Shown piece after piece: positions 15,978-23,116 of a stretch of DNA of 35,382 nt. The stretch covers positions 1 to 35,382 of the forward strand of contig JBAYUL010000001.1 in assembly GCA_041675105.1 (NCBI GenBank). The letters are read 5' to 3'. The translations under genes and the position numbers were made by a program. The DNA is from Minisyncoccota bacterium (lineage in GTDB: Bacteria > Patescibacteriota > Minisyncoccia > Phycocordibacterales > UBA2100). The notes under the pieces are model-generated. The model saw nothing but the letters and a program-made list of their open reading frames with translations. It was not told the DNA's origin and did not search any database. Each line of letters opens with the position of its first letter. Position 1 is the first letter of the stretch.

Positions 15978-16246
15978 ACGACGTCGACGACGCGGCGGGT
16001 GACGGAGCGTCCGTCAAAGTTTGTCTTGCGCTTGGAGCGGAACTGCACCTTGCCATCGGCAAGTGCGAAGAGGGTGTGGTCGACGCCGACGCCGATATTC
16101 TTTCCTGCCATGATGGCGGTACCGCGCTGGCGGACGATGATCTCGCCGGTGCGCACGATCTGGCCGTCGGAGCGTTTAACGCCGAGATACTTCGGATTTG
16201 AATCGCGTAGGTTTTTTGTCGTTCCGCCTGCTTTTGTATGTGCCAT
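15974..16246 (-). CDS. rpmA: 50S ribosomal protein L27
   Basis: '[24 protein letters not shown]...[10 protein letters not shown]...[19 protein letters not shown]' is the canonical L27 pattern. Confidence 0.95.
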   Translation of the reverse strand: MAHTKAGGTTKNLRDSNPKYLGVKRSDGQIVRTGEIIVRQRGTAIMAGKNIGVGVDHTLFALADGKVQFRSKRKTNFDGRSVTRRVVDVV

Positions 16247-16263
16247 GGTGTCGTTCTATTTGG

Positions 16264-16269
16264 TATATT
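16264..16269 (+). promoter_or_regulatory. -10-like box TATATT, 7 nt upstream of ATG 16277
   Basis: ggTATATTtccccctATGGGT. Supports ATG 16277 rather than 16238, which would overlap the rpmA start. Confidence 0.4.
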
Positions 16270-16276
16270 TCCCCCT

Positions 16277-16654
16277 ATGGGTAGCGAGACTATACAGGAA
16301 TTGAGCGCTAAATGCAAGCTCTATATTGAGCAGTCAATAGGGGAATGGGGTGTTTTTGGCCTTGTTTTACTGGCCGCTTTGGGCTCTTTCGGTCTTGGCC
16401 GACTTTCGATCCTTGAAACTGCCCGTCCGATGGTCACGATCACAGAAACCGCTGCAGCGGCCCTTCCCCCTGGCATTCCCATTGGCGGTGAATTTGTCGC
16501 ATCAAGAACGGGAAGCGTGTACTACTATCCTTGGTGCTCAGGCGTGGCGAAGATCGCGGTGACCAACCAGCGATGGTTCAGATCGGAAAAAGAAGCGCAG
16601 GCAGCAGGCTATCGGCCGGCCAAGAATTGCAAAGGTTTGGTGAGTACCGATTGA
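16277..16654 (+). CDS. Membrane-anchored protein with a small C-terminal 'YYYPWC...AGYRP..NC' domain
   Basis: One TM helix (WGVFGLVLLAALGSFGLG). The C-terminal 'SVYYYPWCSGVAKIAVTNQRWFRSEKEAQAAGYRPAKNCKG' resembles the small Ada-like/YHxPxC...GYRPC domain frequent in CPR proteins. Confidence 0.7.
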   Translation: MGSETIQELSAKCKLYIEQSIGEWGVFGLVLLAALGSFGLGRLSILETARPMVTITETAAAALPPGIPIGGEFVASRTGSVYYYPWCSGVAKIAVTNQRWFRSEKEAQAAGYRPAKNCKGLVSTD

Positions 16655-16659
16655 GAGGC

Positions 16660-16665
16660 TACAAT
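16660..16665 (+). promoter_or_regulatory. -10 box TACAAT, 7 nt upstream of ATG 16673, with -35-like TTGGTG (16637-16642) at 17-nt spacing
   Basis: TTGGTG-N17-TACAAT-actgcgt-ATG. Confidence 0.5.
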
Positions 16666-16672
16666 ACTGCGT

Positions 16673-17263
16673 ATGATAGCTGTCGACGTGGAGGCGACCG
16701 GAACGGAGCCGACCAAACATTCAATTGTGAGCATAGGGGCGCTCGATGTGGAGAACCCAACGAACCGTTTTTATATGGAATGCCGCATGTGGGATGGCGC
16801 GCATGTCATGGAGGGGGCGCTGGCGGTCAACGGTTTTACGATGACGCAGATCAAGGACCCGGCGAAGGCGAGCGAGGCGGACCTCACTCATGCGTTCCGT
16901 GCGTGGGCCGATACCGTCGAGAACCGCACCTTCGCAGGCCAGAACGTGTCATTCGACCGTGACTTTCTCAAGGAAGCAGCGGAGCGGGCGGGGCATACCG
17001 ACTGGCCTTTTGCTCATCGCACACTCGATACACACACGATGGCATACATGCACATGATCAGCCGCGGTCAGAAGCCGCCGATGCGTCTCCATCGCTCCGC
17101 GCTCAACCTCGATGCGATCTTGAATTATTGCGGCATCCCTGAGGAGCCGTCGCCGCACAACGCGCTCACCGGAGCCCTCTGTCATGCGGAGGTTATCTCC
17201 CGGCTTCTCTATGGCCGCAAGCTCCTACCCGAGTTCATGCATCTCGAGATCCCGTGGAAGTAA
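16673..17263 (+). CDS. DEDDh-type 3'-5' exonuclease (DnaQ/RNase T-like)
   Basis: ExoI 'IAVDVEATG', ExoII 'GQNVSFDRDFL', ExoIII 'HNALTGALCHAE'. Confidence 0.85.
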   Translation: MIAVDVEATGTEPTKHSIVSIGALDVENPTNRFYMECRMWDGAHVMEGALAVNGFTMTQIKDPAKASEADLTHAFRAWADTVENRTFAGQNVSFDRDFLKEAAERAGHTDWPFAHRTLDTHTMAYMHMISRGQKPPMRLHRSALNLDAILNYCGIPEEPSPHNALTGALCHAEVISRLLYGRKLLPEFMHLEIPWK

Positions 17264-17272
17264 TTTCTTGGT

Positions 17273-17776
17273 ATGGAAAACGTCGAGATAGTGGAGATAA
17301 CGCCGGACGAGTGGAAGACACTCCGCGATCTTCGTAGAGAGGCCGTCATGGAATCACCTGCGGCGTTCGGTCAGAATGAGGAAGAGGTGGATTCAGTCGA
17401 AGAGAAAGAGTGGAGAACGCGGCTCTCCAAGCATTCGTACTTGTTCGTAAAAAAGGGGAATGCGTTCGTTGGTATGGGTTGTGTTGTGCCCGAAAAGAAT
17501 GCGAAAAGTAAGCACGGGGCGAACATATACGGCCTCTACGTTTCTCCTCAAGAGCGGGGCAATGGCACTGGTCGAAAGCTGCTCGAGGCGCTTATCGAGC
17601 ACGCGAGGCGATGGTATCCCGACCTTATCAAGATATCGCTCATCGCTTCGGCAACTCAATCCGCCGCACTCTCGCTTTATGAGAGTACGGGATTCAAACG
17701 GATCGGAGTTCTTGAGAAGGAGATGAATATCAATGGAACGTACGTGGATGAAGTAATGCTCGTGAAATTCTTATAA
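17273..17776 (+). CDS. GNAT family N-acetyltransferase
   Basis: Acetyl-CoA binding motif A 'YVSPQERGNGTGRKLLEALIEHA' and 'YESTGFKRIG'. Confidence 0.85.
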   Translation: MENVEIVEITPDEWKTLRDLRREAVMESPAAFGQNEEEVDSVEEKEWRTRLSKHSYLFVKKGNAFVGMGCVVPEKNAKSKHGANIYGLYVSPQERGNGTGRKLLEALIEHARRWYPDLIKISLIASATQSAALSLYESTGFKRIGVLEKEMNINGTYVDEVMLVKFL

Positions 17777-17784
17777 CATTTTTT

Positions 17785-18285
17785 ATGAAAATCATCCGCA
17801 GAGCGGGGATGTATCTTTCGCTTTCTTTCATTGGGGCGCTCCACATCATCCGCTATTGGGTATCCATATTAATGGGCGATGAGGGATCGCAAGGGGTGCG
17901 CATCATTCTCGTCGATGACCGTCGGGTGCTCCTGGTCGCGCACTGGTATGCACCGTGGACATGGACGCTTCCGGGCGGCGGAGTTGATCGCGGAGAAACT
18001 GCCGAAGCAGCCGCGATGCGCGAGGCGCTTGAAGAAACGGGTCTCAAAGTGAATTCGGTCGCCGGCGAAATAGGTACCTATACCGGCTCGATGGGGAAGA
18101 GAGACCTGCTTACCGTATTCTATACGGGCGATTTCAGCGGTTCCCTCGCGCTTACTCCAAATTTCGAGATCATGGCCCGCAGCTGGTTTGATATCGATAA
18201 TCTGCCCGCGGAGCTCTCACCGGCGAACAGGCGACGTATAGAGGCTTACAGGGACGGCATCAGAGGGGAGCGTGCCCGTTGGTAA
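17785..18285 (+). CDS. Nudix hydrolase
   Basis: Nudix box 'GGGVDRGETAEAAAMREALEETGL'. Confidence 0.85.
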   Translation: MKIIRRAGMYLSLSFIGALHIIRYWVSILMGDEGSQGVRIILVDDRRVLLVAHWYAPWTWTLPGGGVDRGETAEAAAMREALEETGLKVNSVAGEIGTYTGSMGKRDLLTVFYTGDFSGSLALTPNFEIMARSWFDIDNLPAELSPANRRRIEAYRDGIRGERARW

Positions 18286-18324
18286 TCGCTTGGGCCCGGT
18301 CGTGTCGTAATATACCTATTGACC

Positions 18325-18352
18325 ATGTCGCACAATATATCTTTTGCGACGT
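18325..18352. other. dif-like / tyrosine-recombinase core-type site (11-6-11): ATGTCGCACAA|TATATC|TTTTGCGACGT, left junction of the element
   Basis: The arms are inverted repeats (inner 9 nt match 8/9; 11 nt match 9/11) around a 6-bp spacer. The spacer plus right arm form the 15-bp direct repeat. Confidence 0.6.
18336..18350 (+). repeat. Direct repeat copy 1 (TATATCTTTTGCGAC)
   Basis: Identical 15-mer at 23128-23142. Confidence 0.9.
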
Positions 18353-18363
18353 ATAGCCATCTG

Positions 18364-18387
18364 CAAAAAGGGGTTGATTCTACCCCT
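18364..18387 (-). terminator. Rho-independent terminator at the end of the element's last gene
   Basis: Minus strand: AGGGGT-agaatca-ACCCCT followed by TTTTTG. It overlaps the stop codon at 18386-18388. Confidence 0.6.
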
Positions 18388-18808
18388 AAGCTCGAACCAG
18401 CTTGTCGTGCTGATAGCTACTAAGACCTACTGCTTGCGGTGCGGGACACAAATGCCCTCTCGCGTGGTGATACCGTAATAATCCCCTAAGCGATCGCAAT
18501 GCTCTGTCTTCTGCGTACTTAGTCGTCTCTTGCTCCTTCAGATACCGTTCAAAGGCTCTTAAATGGCGTATTTCGATCTCCCCCACATCTGAAATATCGG
18601 CAAACCGAGCAAACCTCGTCAGAATGGGTTTTTCCATTGGAGCCATCGTAGGAGCTGTCAGAACCTTATGACTAAGGTAATCCTGTATCTGCGATTCAAT
18701 TACGCGCTCTTTAAAGCGTCCTAACAGGCTAATTCGATTGATCATGTTCATTATGACTTGAGTCAAGGAGCTAAAGATTATTTTACATGAGAATTGAGCC
18801 GTCTGCAT
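18386..18808 (-). CDS. Stand-alone protein resembling the N-terminal SAM-like (core-binding) domain of tyrosine recombinases; no catalytic domain
   Basis: 'IEIRHLRAFERYLKEQETTKYAEDRALRSLRGLLRYHHARGHL' fits the Phage_integrase_N/SAM-like helix pattern. The ORF ends with its own terminator 36 nt from the element border, so there is no room for an RHRY catalytic domain. Confidence 0.5.
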   Translation of the reverse strand: MQTAQFSCKIIFSSLTQVIMNMINRISLLGRFKERVIESQIQDYLSHKVLTAPTMAPMEKPILTRFARFADISDVGEIEIRHLRAFERYLKEQETTKYAEDRALRSLRGLLRYHHARGHLCPAPQAVGLSSYQHDKLVRA

Positions 18809-18810
18809 AT

Positions 18811-19578
18811 CTATTCCTTTGACCCTTTAAACACACGGTGCCGGCAATTGCCCAGATACCGAGAGTAATACTGCTCGTCCGTCAGAACTTCCTCACCATT
18901 CAGCTCGTCTAAGAGAGACCAAAGTGATGACGTTCCTCGCGAAATGAATGGACGCAAGACATTCCTAGATGCCACATATGATTTCTGGTTTCTTAATCGG
19001 GGATCGGTGAAAGCTTTCGCCATATATTTTGCAAGGTAGTTGGCTATCTTGATATGCCCGTCAGTTTTTTTGTAGTAAACGAATCCCATACCCCATTTCA
19101 TTGCGATTGTTCGAGTAGTCCGTTCTTGTGATACCACCTCCTCGGGTAGCCCCCAGAACAAACTGTGAAAATGAACAGCTCCACGTTTTTGGAATTCAGG
19201 GACGGCAATGTACTTGAATGATTTGCCGTAGCTGTAGCGGAGAGCTTGGTTAAAAGCGCGGAGACGTTTGTATCCGTAAGAGAGATCGGTAATGATATCT
19301 TTGCAGGTAAGAGTAATGAGTACAGGAAGTTCAGATCCGACAAGGTTAGCTTCGACCAGTCTTCTAAAATCCATTTTTGCGCGTCGCGAATGATCGTGTC
19401 TTTTCCCCAACTTCCCTTTCGATACAGAATTGCCTCCATCAGCTCCCAAATCCACATTTGAAGCGTTAGTCTCACGTTTTGGTGATGGGCGTCTTCGTCG
19501 ATCCACCACCCTTGGTTCTCGTTGGTATTCATATATTTCTGTTTTATTCCCGTATTGAATTACTTTGTTGTAGCCCAT
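18811..19578 (-). CDS. HUH-superfamily rolling-circle replication initiator (two-tyrosine, phiX174 gpA-like)
   Basis: Motif 1 'VLITLT' (19320-19306), motif 2 HUH 'AVHFHSLFW' (HFH at 19173-19165), motif 3 'NYLAKYMAK' = YxxKY (19038-19024). Start set at ATG 19578, because the upstream part of the ORF-track call overlaps a terminator and a hairpin. Confidence 0.8.
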   Translation of the reverse strand: MGYNKVIQYGNKTEIYEYQREPRVVDRRRRPSPKRETNASNVDLGADGGNSVSKGKLGKRHDHSRRAKMDFRRLVEANLVGSELPVLITLTCKDIITDLSYGYKRLRAFNQALRYSYGKSFKYIAVPEFQKRGAVHFHSLFWGLPEEVVSQERTTRTIAMKWGMGFVYYKKTDGHIKIANYLAKYMAKAFTDPRLRNQKSYVASRNVLRPFISRGTSSLWSLLDELNGEEVLTDEQYYSRYLGNCRHRVFKGSKE

Positions 19579-19600
19579 TGAATTCTTAGCTATTTGTACT

Positions 19601-19676
19601 GAGTGGCGCGTATAGCAAGTCTGGACAGCCGGCCGCGGCGCTAAAGCGCCTGCGGCACGCCTGTCCGGCGCCACTC
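19601..19676. other. 76-nt GC-rich composite stem-loop upstream of rep: candidate double-strand origin / nick site
   Basis: Outer stem GAGTGGCGC/GCGCCACTC (19601-19609/19668-19676), middle stem GGACAG/CTGTCC (19623-19628/19661-19666), inner ~12-bp GC stem with TAAA loop. A 13-nt asymmetric internal loop reads AGACTTGCTATAC on the rep strand. Confidence 0.5.
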
Positions 19677-19686
19677 CCCTCTCTCT

Positions 19687-19715
19687 GTATAAAAATTCCC
19701 TGCATGACAGCAGGG
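19687..19715 (-). terminator. Rho-independent terminator after the wHTH gene
   Basis: Minus strand: CCCTGC-tgtcat-GCAGGG followed by AATTTTTATAC, ~35 nt after the stop at 19751. Confidence 0.65.
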
Positions 19716-19750
19716 TGCTACAGAACGAGAACCAAGTGTATGGGAACGTT

Positions 19751-20635
19751 TTAACTTTGTTTTGACTCGTCCGAATCTTCGCCAAAAACAAGGCGATATC
19801 CCACTTGAGCGACATTGTGGAGCACGTCGAGCTTCAGTTTCTCCTTGATGCCTTGAATGATCGGATACAGATCCATTCGATCTGTTTTCGTAGGTTCAGT
19901 CCGATTAGGGTAAGCTGCCCGTATAAGATCAGCGTGCGAAGCCTGCATATCAGGACTCTCACACAGGGCAAGTAGCACCTTAAACTCCTTTGATGAGGGC
20001 GTGAAAGTTCCTCGGACATCGCTGAGGACGAAGTCTCCTGTACGGCGGTTGAGGAGTAGAGGGCATTCTTTAGCCGGAGGCTCTTTGGGTGCTTCCATTT
20101 TGGGCAACTTCTCAACCTCTGCAAGGAGCATCAAATGAAACTGTTTTAGCCTATTCTCGAATGATTCACGATTCGCATATCGGCGGGCAAGCCGCTTTAG
20201 ATTCTCCCTGCCCCATTTTGTGGGTGATCTCTTTGCATATTCGGGGTTGATATTCTCGACGCCTTTCATCATGACAAGAGCTTCGGGGTATAAATCATAC
20301 TCAGGCTCGTTGATAGCGTTTTTATAGTCCTCAAGTGGGTCATACACCCATGCTTCAGTAAAACAACCGACGGCATAGAGACTAAAGCGCTCAAGTCGAT
20401 CTGTGCGTTCTGCCCTATCATCAGCCTCCTCGTCAGTTAGTTTGTGATCACGTTCCCATACGGCAATGTGCTTTTCTCGAAGTTCGTTTTCGCTCGCCTC
20501 ATAAAGCCCGTGCAAGACAGGGTCTTTAATTACAAGGTCAAAATAGTGATGTAGGTTTTGATAGAACCTCGAATTGTTGTCGCTCTCGAACACAGCATCG
20601 TAGCGGATTTTTAGGGACTCTTGCAGATTAATCAT
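19751..20635 (-). CDS. Protein with C-terminal OmpR/PhoB-type winged-helix DNA-binding domain; N-terminal ~190 aa unknown
   Basis: C-terminus 'FTPSSKEFKVLLALCESPDMQASHADLIRAAYP...TDRMDLYPIIQGIKEKLK...AQVGYRLVF' follows the Trans_reg_C pattern. There is no receiver domain. Confidence 0.6.
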   Translation of the reverse strand: MINLQESLKIRYDAVFESDNNSRFYQNLHHYFDLVIKDPVLHGLYEASENELREKHIAVWERDHKLTDEEADDRAERTDRLERFSLYAVGCFTEAWVYDPLEDYKNAINEPEYDLYPEALVMMKGVENINPEYAKRSPTKWGRENLKRLARRYANRESFENRLKQFHLMLLAEVEKLPKMEAPKEPPAKECPLLLNRRTGDFVLSDVRGTFTPSSKEFKVLLALCESPDMQASHADLIRAAYPNRTEPTKTDRMDLYPIIQGIKEKLKLDVLHNVAQVGYRLVFGEDSDESKQS

Positions 20636-20644
20636 ATAGGCCTT

Positions 20645-21991
20645 TTACGGCAGGTCCATTTGTCGATTTATTTCGTCAACCCACGCAGAGGCAAGCAGTT
20701 TAAGATTTGCCATATTGTCTGCACCTTGCTCAAGAAACCTTTCGAGATAATCCAATGCTTCTGAAGGATTTTGTAATTTTCGATAGTACAAAAAGCCAAT
20801 CCAAAAAAGCAGCTGAGGTCTTCGGTCGCCGTCAGCAATCATCTTTTTCGAGAAATTAATGCTGTCATTCGAAATGCGAGTATCTCCTTCAGAGGTGTGC
20901 CGTTCAAGACTCCTACAGACTCGTTGTGCATGGTCAAAGTCTTCATTCACCAGGAGCAAAAATGCTCTGTTAAATTTCCACGTGACGTCTCCGGTAGGCG
21001 CTGCTCGTTCCGCGATATCCGTTGTTTCTAGTGCGGCACTAGCGTCATTATCATATTTAAACTCGATTATAGAACGCAGAATAAGAGCGGAATAATTGCG
21101 CTGCGCGATTGTTAACGCCGCTCCCACTTCTTCTCGTGCCTCATCCAGCCTGCCTGCATTAAAGGCCGCGATTCCTTTAACAGCGTGGGCGTCACTAATA
21201 ACATTGTCCAATTTGGAATATATTGCTTGAACATTCGGTGCCAAGGGCTTAGGGAGGGCCGCAATTTCCTCTTTTAAGCGAGTATGTAGATTCAGCGTAG
21301 AGTCGGGTTTACCCGAGATAAGTGCGGCAACGCCAGTAATGTATCTGACTGTGTAATAAATCATATCTCCCGCTATTTCTGAGGCGTGGAACGACATATC
21401 TTCGGTAAACTGCAGACGCACTGGCAATGCTTCTCGGAAATCTCGCGAGAGTTTACTGCCGATGTTTATAGAAACTGGACGATGTGAGACGTAGCCTTCG
21501 AGATCAAGATAGGTGAAGGCTCCCCTATGGCGTGCAAAACCCCAAATCCATATATCGCCTCTAGTTTTTCTATTCCGCCTTGCGATATTCCCCCCGTTAA
21601 CAGTTCTAGCGAAATGTTCTGGCAGATCAATCACATGCGTTGAATCACTAATTCCGCCAGTAACTAGGTCGGCTCGGAGCTTCCTCATCAGGTCACTTTT
21701 CAATACTTCTGCCGACGGGTCATGTTCGGTTGAGATAGAGATTACTATATTCAACCTGTCTCTTTTCTTTCTCGGTAGCCGGAATCTGCCAAACAACCAG
21801 ATAGCAATGAATATAGACACGGTTGCAACGTCAAAATAGAACAAATACTGCTTCGGAAGAAAGGCGTTTAAGATCACGCTGTTTAAGGTTCCTAGAACAA
21901 GCATGATTAATACCACCCAGCCAATAAGCGCCTTGAAGCCATAAAACGGCCTCAACCAACTGACGATTTCCTCGGCAAACTTATCGGGCAT
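20645..21991 (-). CDS. Membrane protein: two N-terminal TM helices, unknown central domain, C-terminal TPR-like repeats
   Basis: Hydrophobic helices 'ALIGWVVLIMLVLGTLNSVILNAF' and 'VATVSIFIAIWLFG'. C-terminal helical repeats ('GIAAFNAGRLDEAREEVGAALTIAQ', 'FWIGFLYYRKLQNPSEALDYLERFLEQ'). The stop is 9 nt before the next gene's ATG. Confidence 0.6.
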   Translation of the reverse strand: MPDKFAEEIVSWLRPFYGFKALIGWVVLIMLVLGTLNSVILNAFLPKQYLFYFDVATVSIFIAIWLFGRFRLPRKKRDRLNIVISISTEHDPSAEVLKSDLMRKLRADLVTGGISDSTHVIDLPEHFARTVNGGNIARRNRKTRGDIWIWGFARHRGAFTYLDLEGYVSHRPVSINIGSKLSRDFREALPVRLQFTEDMSFHASEIAGDMIYYTVRYITGVAALISGKPDSTLNLHTRLKEEIAALPKPLAPNVQAIYSKLDNVISDAHAVKGIAAFNAGRLDEAREEVGAALTIAQRNYSALILRSIIEFKYDNDASAALETTDIAERAAPTGDVTWKFNRAFLLLVNEDFDHAQRVCRSLERHTSEGDTRISNDSINFSKKMIADGDRRPQLLFWIGFLYYRKLQNPSEALDYLERFLEQGADNMANLKLLASAWVDEINRQMDLP

Positions 21992-22049
21992 TGCCGAATC
22001 CTACTGCTCATGAAGGTTTGACACAACTACAGAACATGCCAGAAAACGC

Positions 22050-22082
22050 AAAACCACTCTTTCAGGTGGCCCTATGTCTAAC
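22050..22082 (-). repeat. 33-nt hairpin-containing repeat, copy A (terminator-like; between the cargo genes)
   Basis: AAAACCACTCTTTCAGGTGGCCCTATGTCTAAC, 29/33 identical to 23045-23077. On the minus strand the CCACCTgaaaGAGTGG hairpin is followed by TTTTGCGTTTT. Confidence 0.7.
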
Positions 22083-22113
22083 GCGCCTTTAAAACACGAA
22101 GAATAGTAGAATT

Positions 22114-23109
22114 TTAAGCCTGCTGAGCACGTGCCTCAAGCCAAAGAGGTAGAAGTGCATTCTTCTTTGCTTTTATATCCTTGAGCCAGTCCCTGAAATC
22201 CTTACGGTGCTCCTCTTTCAAAATATGTGCATCCACGAAGTCTAAGAAGTACGCCGTAGTGCCTAGGCCTAAGCTGGCCAGCCAAAAACGCTCACGACCC
22301 ATACCGTGTTTCAAATAAGGATTTCCATGCACGATCTCGGAAACGTAAGAATAAATTTCATATTGCTTTTTTGCGCCAAACACCGTCGCTGCTCTTTTCG
22401 AAAACGACGTCATTTTCTCTTCTGTTAGTACCTCCCTCCAGGGCGGAATGAGGAGTTTTCGATCTCGCAGCCAATAAAAATCAAACTCCGAATGCTTCCT
22501 GGGGTAATCTGGCATCTCTCTGACTAGCAGGGACTCGTTTAAGGCTAAAAGTACCTCGAAACCTCTTATATCGGGAACTAAATGAAAAGTCCGTAGCTGA
22601 TAGGTCAAAATGATCAATGCCCTCCGGTCCTCGCTCATTATTGAAGTGTCGTGGACATAGAGATTTCGAGCATAAATGTCCATCAACGCTCTGAGAGTCG
22701 ATAGTCTAAAGAATGATTTATCATCTTCAAGACGTAAGAACTCATCTGCAATAAAACTCAAATACTGGGAATAAACTTCTAGAGATTTAACACGAAACTG
22801 ATTGAAAAGTATCGCAACAGGATCATCTCTCTGATCAGGATGCTGCGCGTGTTCGTGGATTTGTTTTGCTCTCGCATCGAGCATGATAACGCCGCTCCGC
22901 ATAGACGCCGCATAGCCCTCAAAAACTGAGTCTTCCTCCCTAACCATGATCTCATTATACATATATGCGACTAACCGGTTCCTAAAATAAATCACACCAA
23001 ATTTCGTCCCGTTGTCGTCCCACATGGGGAATATGCTTAAGCATAAAACCACCCTTTCGGGTGGCCCTATGTTTAGCTCCTTGAAGGCTTTTAAGTGTAT
23101 TTTCGTCAT
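22114..23109 (-). CDS. Hypothetical protein (331 aa as called; true start may be ATG 23025)
   Basis: Long AT-rich ORF with no TM segment and no motif I can assign. Codons 10-21 are encoded by repeat copy B, which raises doubt about the 5' end. Confidence 0.6.
   Translation of the reverse strand: MTKIHLKAFKELNIGPPERVVLCLSIFPMWDDNGTKFGVIYFRNRLVAYMYNEIMVREEDSVFEGYAASMRSGVIMLDARAKQIHEHAQHPDQRDDPVAILFNQFRVKSLEVYSQYLSFIADEFLRLEDDKSFFRLSTLRALMDIYARNLYVHDTSIMSEDRRALIILTYQLRTFHLVPDIRGFEVLLALNESLLVREMPDYPRKHSEFDFYWLRDRKLLIPPWREVLTEEKMTSFSKRAATVFGAKKQYEIYSYVSEIVHGNPYLKHGMGRERFWLASLGLGTTAYFLDFVDAHILKEEHRKDFRDWLKDIKAKKNALLPLWLEARAQQA
23045..23077 (-). repeat. 33-nt hairpin-containing repeat, copy B
   Basis: AAAACCACCCTTTCGGGTGGCCCTATGTTTAGC. 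On the minus strand: CCACCC-gaaa-GGGTGG (6-bp stem, GAAA loop) followed by TTTTAT. Confidence 0.7.
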
Positions 23110-23116
23110 CCCCTAT

